Part shown: positions 55,278 through 64,000 of the stretch, one piece after another
How positions within the stretch are numbered: position 1 is the stretch's first letter
Layout: the number at the start of each line of letters is the position of its first letter
Source of the DNA: a virus
Taxonomy: Duplodnaviria > Caudoviricetes
Strand: one strand, 5' to 3'
Virus record (IMG/VR): IMGVR_UViG_3300031555_000648
Location: 1-64,000 of that record
Length of the DNA stretch: 64,000 bases
Program-made: the position numbers and the translations under genes
The notes under the pieces: model-generated
What the model was told of the DNA's origin: nothing
Seen by the model: the letters and a program-made list of their open reading frames with translations, nothing else
Database searches by the model: none

Positions 55278-58200
55278 TTATGCGTAGTTCAACATTCTGT
55301 CTAACTCTTGTTGTCTTCTGATATATTCAAGCACCATTCTAGCAAACTTCATTGCTTCTTCCTCGGAAGCGTTCTGTACTGTTACTTGAATAGCACCCTC
55401 ATTGAACACTACGGAGTTGTCTGTGTCACCTTGGATTGTCTGGTTGTTTGTGGTGTTAGTTGTCAAATACTTCTGGTAGTTATTATCACCTTGAGTATTA
55501 GAAACTTGGCTAGTGGAATTGCTTACAGGCTCAATGCTACTCATTTGAGTAGAAATCATCTTAGCAAGGACTCCAATCCAACCTGTATTATTCTCAAGTG
55601 GCATAACTGCTTCTGCACCTGCTTCACCCACTACTGAAAGTGTAGGTGTGGTTACAACACCACCTTGTGCTAACTGTGGCACTTCAAGTTCAGTGATTTT
55701 AGTGATACTTACACCCGGAATTGCATTGATTACATCAATAGCACCATTCAGTGCACTGATAACACCATTGATAATTCCACAGATAAATTCAAGTACTGCA
55801 TTTACTGCTCCCTTAAGAACACTTGTGATTGTATCTGCTACAGTGTTAAATGCTGTGGTAATTCCCTCCCAAAGTGTACTAAAGAACTCTGAAATTGGTG
55901 TAATGATATTAGTACTAATCCACTCAACAATGGTCAACATTACTGACTTAACACTCTCAATGAATGAGGTCACACCTGTTACAATTCCCTCCCACAATCC
56001 ACTAAAGAATGTGGAAACAGGAGTTATGATGTTAGTGTTAATCCACTCTACGATTGTGCCAATTACAGCTTTCGCACTTTCTACAAAGGAAGTGATACCT
56101 GCTACGATTGTGTTCCAAAGTTCTACAAAGAAGTTCACAATAGGGTCAATCACATTTGCTTTAATCCACTGTACAAACACACTTACCAGAACTGTGATAA
56201 TCTCAACTACTTTCATCACGATTTCCACGATTTTTGAAACGATTGGGAATACAATATTGGTAAAGAAGTTCACAATAGGTTGGATAACATTTGTGTAAAT
56301 CCAACTTGCAATAGTGCTAAAGAAAGTCTTCACTTTATTTATTACAGTAGATACACCTGTCACAATTCCGTTCCACAAATTAACAAAGAATGTTGCTACA
56401 GGCTCAATTACATTGTCATAAATCCAACTTCCTATTGTACTAAAGAACTCACAAATCTTCGCCCAATTATCTTTAATTAAGACAATGGCTGTTGTAACAA
56501 CACCAATGATACCTGCAACGAGAGCCGCTATCGGTCCAGAACAGATACCTAAAATAACTGCTCCAACTGCACCTATAGCAAGACCTACCCACTTAATAAT
56601 CTCCCAGAACCAACTGAAACCATCAATAAGCTGTTTTACAAATCCTGTTACAGCCATTGCAATACCACCAACAAATGAAATGATACCTGCTACTGTAGTT
56701 CCAACAGAACCAAACACTATTGTAAGAGAGTCTTTTAAGCCAATACCACCAGAAGCAACTGCTTTAAATACTTCTAGTAATTTTGAGAAGAAGCCAACAC
56801 CTTGACCTCCTTTCAATACAGTAATCATTGCTCCAATTCCCTCGGCAATTTTTCCAAACACACCACCAAGTTTTAACTTAGAAACTCCTTGGAAAATAGC
56901 CACAATAGGTGTGAGGAATTTTGCAACAGCACCAATAGCTTTAACAATTCCATAGAATACTAAAGCGTCTGCTGTAAAGTTGGCAAAACTTTGTCCAAAG
57001 TCATACCATGCTTGTGTGTCACCACTTGCTAACTTCTGTAGGAACTCTGTGAGATTATCTACTAAAGACTCAAGTGCTGTTCCCTCAATATTATCAAGGA
57101 AACCCATTACTGCTGTCTTTACATTCTCACCGATTTGTTTCCAACCATCAATGAAGCCTTGCTTAAAGAAGTCAAATCTGTACTTGAGGTCAAGGATAGC
57201 TTCAACAAGTGGAAGAATACCTAACTCTTTTGCTTTCAAGAAATTCTCTTCACTTAGTGTGTAGTCATTCCAACCATCTGCTACAGCTTTAAACAACATC
57301 ATGACTTCCATGAGACCCACTGTGAGGTTACTAAAGAAGTCATCTTTACTATTCAAGTCTGCAAGAACTACTTTAAGGTCTTCAACACTTCCATTTACAG
57401 CTTGATATGCTGTTTTGAAAGATGTAACAAGACCATTTACAAAGAATGTGGTGTTGGTTCTAATTCCTGCAAAATCACTCTTCCAAGCAAGTGCAAGAAG
57501 ACCAATAGTTGCTGTAAGTGGTAACAATGTTCCAAGTATCTTCAAAGCACCTGTCTTAATAAGTGTTCCAATGCTACCAAAGGTCTTACCCATGGTCAGA
57601 AGCATTAAACTAAGACCAGACATAGCAGAGGTAACTTTAAGTGCTACACCTGCTAAAATCAAAAGGACACCTACTACTGCAACACCAATAGTTGCAATCT
57701 TAACTAATTCTGGATTATTTGCTACTAAACCTCTAAGACTATCTGCAAGTGCTAACACTTTGTCAATTACCCATTCTAAAGGAGTCATAATAGACGTTAA
57801 AGCACTACCAATCACATTTGCTATATTAGTTAATTCTTCATCTGGAATTGCAAATACATAATCCGAAATTTTTGTGATGAGGTCTGAAAACTTATCATAC
57901 ACACCACTTTCTGAAATTTTTGCAATGGTCTGGAAAAGAATGTCTCCCATATTAGAGAGTCTCTGCATAGGTGTACCTGCTAAAGAAGCGGTCATTCCAA
58001 GCATACCTAACTTTTCAATAAGGTCTGCAACTTGCTGTGCTCTAGCTTCCATAGTAGAACCTTTATCTTCTCCAAGAATACTTGTAATATCAATACCTGC
58101 ACCTCTCTTAAGTGATAGTGCATTTCCCTCTGCAATATACTCTCTAAGAGCACCCATAGCGGCTTGAATACCTGTACCATAAGCATTTCTCATTTGAGGT

Positions 58201-58694
58201 GCGAAAGCCGCTAAATCAGACGCATAATCCATAAGTGTCTGACTAGCACTACCTGTGCTAGTTGCAATCTCATCAAATGCTTCAATACCCACAGACTTTA
58301 AAGAGGTTACTACAGGAATGAGGTCTTCAAACGCAAATATGCTATTCTTAGCATATTCTTGAATTTTACCTAACATCATGTCTCCTGCTCCCTCACCTAA
58401 ATCGGAGTAGAGCATTTGTAACTGATTACCTGCGTACATTAAAGTAGTTCCTGTGTCAGTTACTTTTCTTATTACTTGACCTAGTGTAGATATGATGGTG
58501 TTACCCATACCTAAAAAGGCACTTCCTATCTGGTCAGAGACAACAGAAAGAGCAGACAACGAAGCCATCTGGTCTAAAGATGACGTTGCGTTCTCTGCTG
58601 TTTGTGTTAATGTGTTCAATGAATTTACAGCATTGTTAATACCTGCTGTCGCATTATCTGTAAAAGATAACACTAAACCTAGTCCGAAATCCAT
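55278..58694 (-). CDS. Tape measure protein, 1138 aa
   Basis: Long helical protein with W-spaced 11-mer-like repeats; follows the chaperones. Confidence 0.92.
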   Translation of the reverse strand: MDFGLGLVLSFTDNATAGINNAVNSLNTLTQTAENATSSLDQMASLSALSVVSDQIGSAFLGMGNTIISTLGQVIRKVTDTGTTLMYAGNQLQMLYSDLGEGAGDMMLGKIQEYAKNSIFAFEDLIPVVTSLKSVGIEAFDEIATSTGSASQTLMDYASDLAAFAPQMRNAYGTGIQAAMGALREYIAEGNALSLKRGAGIDITSILGEDKGSTMEARAQQVADLIEKLGMLGMTASLAGTPMQRLSNMGDILFQTIAKISESGVYDKFSDLITKISDYVFAIPDEELTNIANVIGSALTSIMTPLEWVIDKVLALADSLRGLVANNPELVKIATIGVAVVGVLLILAGVALKVTSAMSGLSLMLLTMGKTFGSIGTLIKTGALKILGTLLPLTATIGLLALAWKSDFAGIRTNTTFFVNGLVTSFKTAYQAVNGSVEDLKVVLADLNSKDDFFSNLTVGLMEVMMLFKAVADGWNDYTLSEENFLKAKELGILPLVEAILDLKYRFDFFKQGFIDGWKQIGENVKTAVMGFLDNIEGTALESLVDNLTEFLQKLASGDTQAWYDFGQSFANFTADALVFYGIVKAIGAVAKFLTPIVAIFQGVSKLKLGGVFGKIAEGIGAMITVLKGGQGVGFFSKLLEVFKAVASGGIGLKDSLTIVFGSVGTTVAGIISFVGGIAMAVTGFVKQLIDGFSWFWEIIKWVGLAIGAVGAVILGICSGPIAALVAGIIGVVTTAIVLIKDNWAKICEFFSTIGSWIYDNVIEPVATFFVNLWNGIVTGVSTVINKVKTFFSTIASWIYTNVIQPIVNFFTNIVFPIVSKIVEIVMKVVEIITVLVSVFVQWIKANVIDPIVNFFVELWNTIVAGITSFVESAKAVIGTIVEWINTNIITPVSTFFSGLWEGIVTGVTSFIESVKSVMLTIVEWISTNIITPISEFFSTLWEGITTAFNTVADTITSVLKGAVNAVLEFICGIINGVISALNGAIDVINAIPGVSITKITELEVPQLAQGGVVTTPTLSVVGEAGAEAVMPLENNTGWIGVLAKMISTQMSSIEPVSNSTSQVSNTQGDNNYQKYLTTNTTNNQTIQGDTDNSVVFNEGAIQVTVQNASEEEAMKFARMVLEYIRRQQELDRMLNYA

Positions 58695-58713
58695 CTAGGC
58701 ACTCTCCTTTCCC

Positions 58714-58956
58714 TTAATGACTTTCTTTGTATTTAGGTTTCTTAGGAGTTGTGCCACTATTACTGCCACTACCACTTTCGGCTTTTAACTGTTGTCGTAT
58801 TCTGTCATTGAACACCCCACGCTCTGTGCATGGAGTGTTCCAACATTCTTCTCTACTCCAATGATAGAAGTAAGCAAGGTTGTGTACTTCCATAAGTGTC
58901 ATGTCTATGTTAGTGTTGCACAATATGTCATCACTAACAAAAGACATTGCACCCAT
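58714..58956 (-). CDS. Tail assembly chaperone, frameshift (T) portion
   Basis: EVHNLAYFYHWS..E...P..ER motif; lies in the -1 frame of the upstream chaperone. Confidence 0.8.
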   Translation of the reverse strand: MGAMSFVSDDILCNTNIDMTLMEVHNLAYFYHWSREECWNTPCTERGVFNDRIRQQLKAESGSGSNSGTTPKKPKYKESH

Positions 58957-59801
58957 TATAAAAAATTTGACTGACCAACCTCACCACTAATATCTTGACC
59001 ACAAGTAGAGCAGACAATATCAATATTAGTATCAAGACCAAAAGTATTCTCTTTGATAATTTTCTCTAAAATCTCCCTGTCTCTAAGAGTCATTTCGTTT
59101 ACATTATTCTGTGTTACTAACGCACCATCATTAAATGCGATAAGACGTGTCAACATCATTGTCATAGCTGTGGACACATTCTTCTTGAACAGAGGTGTAA
59201 CAATCTCTCTGTCAAATCCATTAGGAAGACGAAGAACACCCTCTTTGTGGATTTCTCCCTTTCCATCTTTGTAACCACGCAAAAGCGTAAAGTTGATTGC
59301 AGACTGACCCTTGTATGGTTTAAGACCAAACTCATCAGTGCTTACAATAGTGGTCAACTTAGTCTTACAGCTAGGGCAAGTGTGTTGGAACTCTACTTCT
59401 TTACCCTTAGAGAGTTCTCTAATCTTAAATGCCATGTAGTCTAAATCACCACCGAGAAGTTCTCTGATGATAGTTCCCCATTGAGCACCGCACTCTTTCT
59501 TAGTGAGAGTACCAATCTGGACAACACATCTTTCAACAAGAACATTCACCATCTTTGCACCATTGGAACGAATGTCAGCTTTACTGATAGCTTCTTCATC
59601 TTTACCATTCATTTCACGATAGGTAAAGGTGTTGTGAAGATTTCCGTCTTTGTCAACGTAACCTGCAAGCATAGGCACGTCATGAACATAACCATCTTCT
59701 GAAACTTCAACCTCATTCAGATTTCTAATGCTCTCACTTTCAATCTGACTTACTACTTTCTCAAGTTCGTTTCCGTTGTTTGCTTTCTTTAATCCTGCCA
59801 T
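58956..59801 (-). CDS. Tail assembly chaperone (T4 gp26-like; two CxxC)
   Basis: YREMNGKDEE, GDLDY...IR.LS.G, CPSC and C..CG motifs; precedes tape measure. Confidence 0.8.
   Translation of the reverse strand: MAGLKKANNGNELEKVVSQIESESIRNLNEVEVSEDGYVHDVPMLAGYVDKDGNLHNTFTYREMNGKDEEAISKADIRSNGAKMVNVLVERCVVQIGTLTKKECGAQWGTIIRELLGGDLDYMAFKIRELSKGKEVEFQHTCPSCKTKLTTIVSTDEFGLKPYKGQSAINFTLLRGYKDGKGEIHKEGVLRLPNGFDREIVTPLFKKNVSTAMTMMLTRLIAFNDGALVTQNNVNEMTLRDREILEKIIKENTFGLDTNIDIVCSTCGQDISGEVGQSNFL
58959..58965 (-). other. -1 programmed frameshift slippery site T TTT TTA
   Basis: AAT TTT TTA TAA in frame 0; the -1 frame TTT TTT ATA ATG GGT continues into 58714-58956. Confidence 0.8.
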
Positions 59802-59843
59802 TATTCCTACCTCCATAACTGATATATTTATCTTGCTTCCTCT

Positions 59844-59883
59844 ATAATACTATAAAACCCCCACTTTTGCAAGTAGGGGTTTC
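59844..59883 (-). terminator. Tube-gene terminator hairpin containing the -35 of promoter TTGCAA-17-TATTAT
   Basis: AAACCCC...GGGGTTT stem. Confidence 0.7.
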
Positions 59884-59925
59884 ACAGCAACCATTATTTA
59901 ATTAAGTTGGGAGGAAGAACCTTTA

Positions 59926-60408
59926 TTACAGGAAGTACTCAAACTGCATTGTAAGAGTCTCAATGATTACATCATCACTTGTTGCGTCAAGGTCTCCGCA
60001 CTCATACTTACTGAACCAACATTCAGCAAGTTGGAACTCTCTACGAACATTACCAAAGCGGTCACAAACTTGGATAACCACAGTGCTTCTACAGTTGTTA
60101 TTGTTAAACACTGTTTCATACTGTGTCTGCAAGTAGTCATCAGCATACATACCTCTTTCAAAGGTAATCTCACCTACAGACTCTCTGCCCGGAAGTTTGT
60201 GTGCGTGTTCGTACATATTCTCCAAGTACTCAACAACTGCTACTTCTCTACTAAGACCTCCGACTTTCTGGAAACCAACACCTGTTGGAAGACCACTAAT
60301 CTGAACCTTAAACATAAAGGACTGTAAAGGGTCTTGCTCAATGGTTCTGGAAGCAAAAGCCTTAGTAGTAATAACGTCTTTCAAAATCTTTGCAAATTTA
60401 TTCATCAC
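59926..60408 (-). CDS. Tail tube protein (T4 gp19-like)
   Basis: DPL.SF.FKV.I, GFQKV.GL, KLPGR...GEITFERG motifs. Confidence 0.92.
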   Translation of the reverse strand: MMNKFAKILKDVITTKAFASRTIEQDPLQSFMFKVQISGLPTGVGFQKVGGLSREVAVVEYLENMYEHAHKLPGRESVGEITFERGMYADDYLQTQYETVFNNNNCRSTVVIQVCDRFGNVRREFQLAECWFSKYECGDLDATSDDVIIETLTMQFEYFL

Positions 60409-60419
60409 GCTTTACCTCC

Positions 60420-61844
60420 TTATTGTGCTTCAATAGAATGTGCTAACTTGATGATAACAAATTCAGCAGGTTTAACAGGAGCATATCCTACTTCGATATT
60501 CAACTGACCCTCTGCAATAGTGTCATCAGTGTTGTTAGAACTATCCACAGTTACATAGTACGCTTCATCAGCAGTACCTTTTAATGCCCCAGAGGTTCTT
60601 AAAGTCTCAAGGAACGCTTTGCAGGACGCTTGAACTTTAGACCAAAGTGCTTTGTCGTTAGGCTCAAACACTGCGAACTGTGTTCCATTGTACAGAGACT
60701 TCTTAATGTTGAGATTAAGCAAACCATCTGTTACATATCTCATGGTGCTGTCTTTAGCGTTAAGACTTCTTGCACCCCAAAGTACAATACCTGCATTTGG
60801 TCTGGAAGTCACACAGATAACACCTACAGGGTTAAGAGTGGAAATCTGGGTAGGAGTCAACTGATACTCCATTTCTACAAAACCTCTTACTACTGCGTCA
60901 ACACCTGCTGGTGCTTTATGAATACCTCTGCTCTCAATGATACGAGCGTAAACACCCATAACATGACCTGCTGTTGGTACAGCTTTAAGAGAGTTGGTGA
61001 GAGGGTCATTCATCTTACCCCAAGGGTGACAAAGAGCACCTGTAAAGGCACTGATACTCTTTCTGTATGCCTTTGTAGCTTCTGCTGTAGAACCCATAGG
61101 CATATCTAAGATAGGGAAAAGACCATTGTTGTCACAGTAAGCTAAAACAGCGTCATTTACCACCTTAGAGGTCTGTCCGGGAATTGCTACAAAAGTAACG
61201 TCATCAAGGACACTAATCATTTCCAAAGCGTCTGCGTAGTCACTGTCTGTAAGAGCAGAACCATCAGAACCCTCTGCAAGAGTAATAGTCTCTTCTTTAA
61301 GTTCAGTAGTTGCTTCATCTACAGAGATAACACTAATCCACTGCTTCACTTTGCTGTTAGTGAGAATATCACCAATAGTCTCAAGGGTAACATCAGTGAT
61401 TGTTACACTGTCACTTGTGCCAACTGCTACAATAACATCAAACACTTTGTTGTCATCTGCAAAATCAGCACCTTTCTTGAGAGTAACAGTAATTTCATTA
61501 CCCCACGCACCCTCTGTGGAAGCTGTCACAGTGATACCATTTGTGCTAGTCTTTGTAGCTTTAACTGCGTCTTTCTTAACACTGCCAATGTAAAGTTCTT
61601 TACCACCATTAGTGAAGAAGCCATGAACTGCATAAGGCAGGTAGCTGTTCTCTAAAAATGGTGTATCTAAGCCATTAGCATACTTAGAAATAAATTCTGT
61701 CCAAGAACCAATCTTCTGTGCAACACCTGTGACACCACTTCTGGTAACACCAATCATGATACCTACAGAAGAACTTGCTTGGGTAATGGACTGTGAACCA
61801 CTAACTACATCTTGTACATAAACACCCGGTGCATTGTAATTCAT
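60420..61844 (-). CDS. Tail sheath protein
   Basis: Y.APGVYV, PTAGHVMGVYAR, HKAPAG, LNPVGV, WGAR.L, FEPN and PVKPAEF motifs. Confidence 0.96.
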   Translation of the reverse strand: MNYNAPGVYVQDVVSGSQSITQASSSVGIMIGVTRSGVTGVAQKIGSWTEFISKYANGLDTPFLENSYLPYAVHGFFTNGGKELYIGSVKKDAVKATKTSTNGITVTASTEGAWGNEITVTLKKGADFADDNKVFDVIVAVGTSDSVTITDVTLETIGDILTNSKVKQWISVISVDEATTELKEETITLAEGSDGSALTDSDYADALEMISVLDDVTFVAIPGQTSKVVNDAVLAYCDNNGLFPILDMPMGSTAEATKAYRKSISAFTGALCHPWGKMNDPLTNSLKAVPTAGHVMGVYARIIESRGIHKAPAGVDAVVRGFVEMEYQLTPTQISTLNPVGVICVTSRPNAGIVLWGARSLNAKDSTMRYVTDGLLNLNIKKSLYNGTQFAVFEPNDKALWSKVQASCKAFLETLRTSGALKGTADEAYYVTVDSSNNTDDTIAEGQLNIEVGYAPVKPAEFVIIKLAHSIEAQ

Positions 61845-61847
61845 CTT

Positions 61848-62081
61848 TTATTCCTCCTTTTCTTTACTGTCTTTCTTAACAGCGTCTTTTTTCTTGGTCT
61901 CTGGATTAGAAACCTGTTGAATTAAAATCAAACCCTTAGTCACTAAATTCTTAATGTGAGGTGTGATTTCGTTATCCTTAATGGTCGTAGATTTCTTGTT
62001 ATCAAGTCTCAAGGTCTTACCCTTTACTGCAAGGTCACATACAATCTGACCACCAGAATTGTTTGTCAATTTATACGACAT
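61848..62081 (-). CDS. Small hypothetical virion-region protein
   Basis: ORF track. Confidence 0.7.
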   Translation of the reverse strand: MSYKLTNNSGGQIVCDLAVKGKTLRLDNKKSTTIKDNEITPHIKNLVTKGLILIQQVSNPETKKKDAVKKDSKEKEE

Positions 62082-62095
62082 AATCTTGTACCTCC

Positions 62096-62683
62096 TTATT
62101 GAGTCTCGCTTGTGTCAATACTTCTTTGAACAATCATAGGCTTATTATAACGTGTTTCGTCATCTAATTCTACCCATATCTGCAATTTTGTTAGAGAATG
62201 AAATAATCTTTCTCCATTCAGAACTAGGTCAGCTTTGGTAACACTACCTTTAACAAGACAGTTACAGCTTCTCTCAACACCACCATCATCAATGACTGTT
62301 AAGTTAAATTGACGGAAGTGTTTAGTCAACCATGTTCGTGTCATGGAGTCCATATCTGACTGATACTTCGCCCAGAAATCAATCTGGTACTCAAGATTAA
62401 AAGGAACAGCAGGGTCTTCTAAAATGACTTGCTTGTTCTCTAAATCTTCTCCTACTTTCACAGGGGCAGGATTATATCGGATTGGGTCATGCCTATGAGT
62501 AATATTGTATATGCTAACACATGGGAAAGTCTCAAACTTAAAATCCTCTTCTGGTTTTCTGACTACAAGTGCTTTGTCTTCTAATGCAACTAAAACACCA
62601 TTAGCATTTCTTACTCTAATAGTGTCTTTAATCTCTTTCAGAAGTCCTGTATTCACTTCTTCAAACCATACATTTGCTGACAT
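62096..62683 (-). CDS. Tail completion / sheath terminator-like protein
   Basis: FPCVSI, PVPFNL.YQID.W pattern; position before sheath. Confidence 0.75.
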   Translation of the reverse strand: MSANVWFEEVNTGLLKEIKDTIRVRNANGVLVALEDKALVVRKPEEDFKFETFPCVSIYNITHRHDPIRYNPAPVKVGEDLENKQVILEDPAVPFNLEYQIDFWAKYQSDMDSMTRTWLTKHFRQFNLTVIDDGGVERSCNCLVKGSVTKADLVLNGERLFHSLTKLQIWVELDDETRYNKPMIVQRSIDTSETQ

Positions 62684-62687
62684 TATA

Positions 62688-63167
62688 TCACTCCTTAATC
62701 AGTTCTTTCATCAAGTCTTTCCAATTATTCTTTAGAATATCTTCGACTTCTTCAATAGTGGGTTGCACAAGTGGTCTTGGTGGTATCTTATCTGTACCAT
62801 ACTCAAGCCAAATCATGAGTTCAGACATTTTCATTCCTCCCTCATGTCTCTTCCATGGTGAAGCACCTATAAACAAGGTGCTACCTTTAGCTGTGGACTT
62901 AATTCTTCTCACTGTGAGACCATTCTTCAATGCTCCTGTCTCAACATAGATGGTGTCATCACCACCTTTGAGTTCAATCGTTCTCTCTGCTAAAGGTGTC
63001 CAATTCAAGTCTTGGCTGTCAATATGACTTCTCATCTTTTCAAGTACAAACTGACCATCTTCCCACAACTGTGCTTCAAACGCAGGTTTCAGTCTTACAG
63101 CAAGGCTTCTTAGATATACACCTGCTCTATTCCAATCACCTGTTAGCTTTAATGACATATCACTCAT
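62688..63167 (-). CDS. Neck / HK97 gp10-like morphogenesis protein
   Basis: W.PL...TI..KG, ETG.L, EYGT.KIPPRP motifs. Confidence 0.8.
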   Translation of the reverse strand: MSDMSLKLTGDWNRAGVYLRSLAVRLKPAFEAQLWEDGQFVLEKMRSHIDSQDLNWTPLAERTIELKGGDDTIYVETGALKNGLTVRRIKSTAKGSTLFIGASPWKRHEGGMKMSELMIWLEYGTDKIPPRPLVQPTIEEVEDILKNNWKDLMKELIKE

Positions 63168-63654
63168 TTACTTCACCACCATTTTCTTCTGGTGTCTCTT
63201 CTGGCTCTTCAACTAAAACTTCTGTGACGTGCTTATCCTCTGTGCAAACAAAATGATACATCAAGAACACATCTGCAATATAGGCTTTAGGGAGTATGTT
63301 TTCTACAGTGTAATAAACACCATGGAACTCAATAACTCCCTTTCGCATTATATCTAAGTCTGCATTAGTCACTCCCAACTCATTCTCTTGTAATGACTTC
63401 AAAGGAACTACAAACACAGCTTTATCTTTTATGCCCTCAACATCTTGCTCACCCTGTGTAGGTGTAAGTCTTGCTTGTGCCACCAATAACTTAGGTTGCT
63501 TATACAATTTGAACTTTTGCTCACCATACACATTAGTCTTGGTCTTGTCACTCAACAGATATAAGTTTATGCCATCTGTAACACCATCATTAAACAGTGT
63601 TGTGAATATCTCATTAACACCATCTACAAAGTCTTTCTGAATACTTAAATCCAT
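63160..63654 (-). CDS. Head closure / head-tail adaptor-like protein
   Basis: NVYGE motif; position. Confidence 0.6.
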   Translation of the reverse strand: MDLSIQKDFVDGVNEIFTTLFNDGVTDGINLYLLSDKTKTNVYGEQKFKLYKQPKLLVAQARLTPTQGEQDVEGIKDKAVFVVPLKSLQENELGVTNADLDIMRKGVIEFHGVYYTVENILPKAYIADVFLMYHFVCTEDKHVTEVLVEEPEETPEENGGEVNE

Positions 63655-63670
63655 ACTAACACCTCATTTC

Positions 63671-64000
63671 TTACAAAGTGCTTTCAGACACTTCCTCTTC
63701 GTCTGGTAACAACTCTAAGGTTGTGAAAGACATTTCGGAATATCCAAAGACTTGGTTACGCTCAATAGAAATAACTGCAATATAATACACTTTCGCAGAC
63801 TCTAAGTTCTTCACCTCATGGAACACATTTCTGATGTTAGATGTGCTTACAAGCAACTTCGCTTCCTCACTAATCTTCTTATCATAGGTTGCTCCCTCTT
63901 GGTACATATCGACAATAGGTTCAGTACTAATGTACACCTTAAAACGACCAAAATGACTTGTGTTAGTCACTCCCCAATGGAATTTAACACTGTCACTTGT
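63671..64000 (-). CDS. C-terminal part of a virion protein with a fibronectin type III-like domain (truncated by the window edge)
   Basis: Frame open to the edge: TSDSVKFHW...FKVY...NLESAKVYYIAV...SFTTL. Confidence 0.65.
   Translation of the reverse strand, partial: TSDSVKFHWGVTNTSHFGRFKVYISTEPIVDMYQEGATYDKKISEEAKLLVSTSNIRNVFHEVKNLESAKVYYIAVISIERNQVFGYSEMSFTTLELLPDEEEVSESTL

Noticed and set aside
609-63640. Plus-strand ORFs in the track
   Set aside because: They are antisense shadows of well-supported minus-strand genes and have no recognisable motifs.

Overview
This window is 64 kb of a large contractile-tailed (myovirus-type) phage genome. Every credible gene lies on the minus strand. The host is most likely an anaerobic, spore-forming Firmicute (Clostridia-like). 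That is an inference from class III RNR, spoVS, sigmaA-type TTGACA-17-TATAAT promoters and AGGAGG ribosome-binding sites. In transcription order (right to left) the modules are: neck, sheath, tube, frameshifting tail chaperone, tape measure and baseplate (64.0-46.7 kb); a complete diversity-generating retroelement (target/VR, avd, TR, RT; 46.7-43.5 kb); lysis genes; DNA replication and recombination genes (SF2 helicase, DnaC-like, DnaB, primase, SSB, HU, PolA, RecA, Cas4-like and Hjc-like nucleases); nucleotide metabolism (dUTPase, ThyX, DUF3310, NrdD/NrdG); a 7-deazaguanine cluster (queD, queE, folE, dpdA-like); and small early genes beside a non-coding, A-free tract that may mark the genome end. 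The most novel element sits inside the deazaguanine cluster. A divergent QueC is fused to a radical-SAM/SPASM domain. Next to it are an unannotated, separately transcribed 59-aa Arg/Gly-rich peptide gene and an arginase-fold (UPF0489-like) hydrolase. Together these look like a RiPP-like peptide-modification unit joined to a DNA base-modification pathway. Protein family calls come from motif recognition by eye; no database search was run. I found no tRNA, rRNA or CRISPR array.
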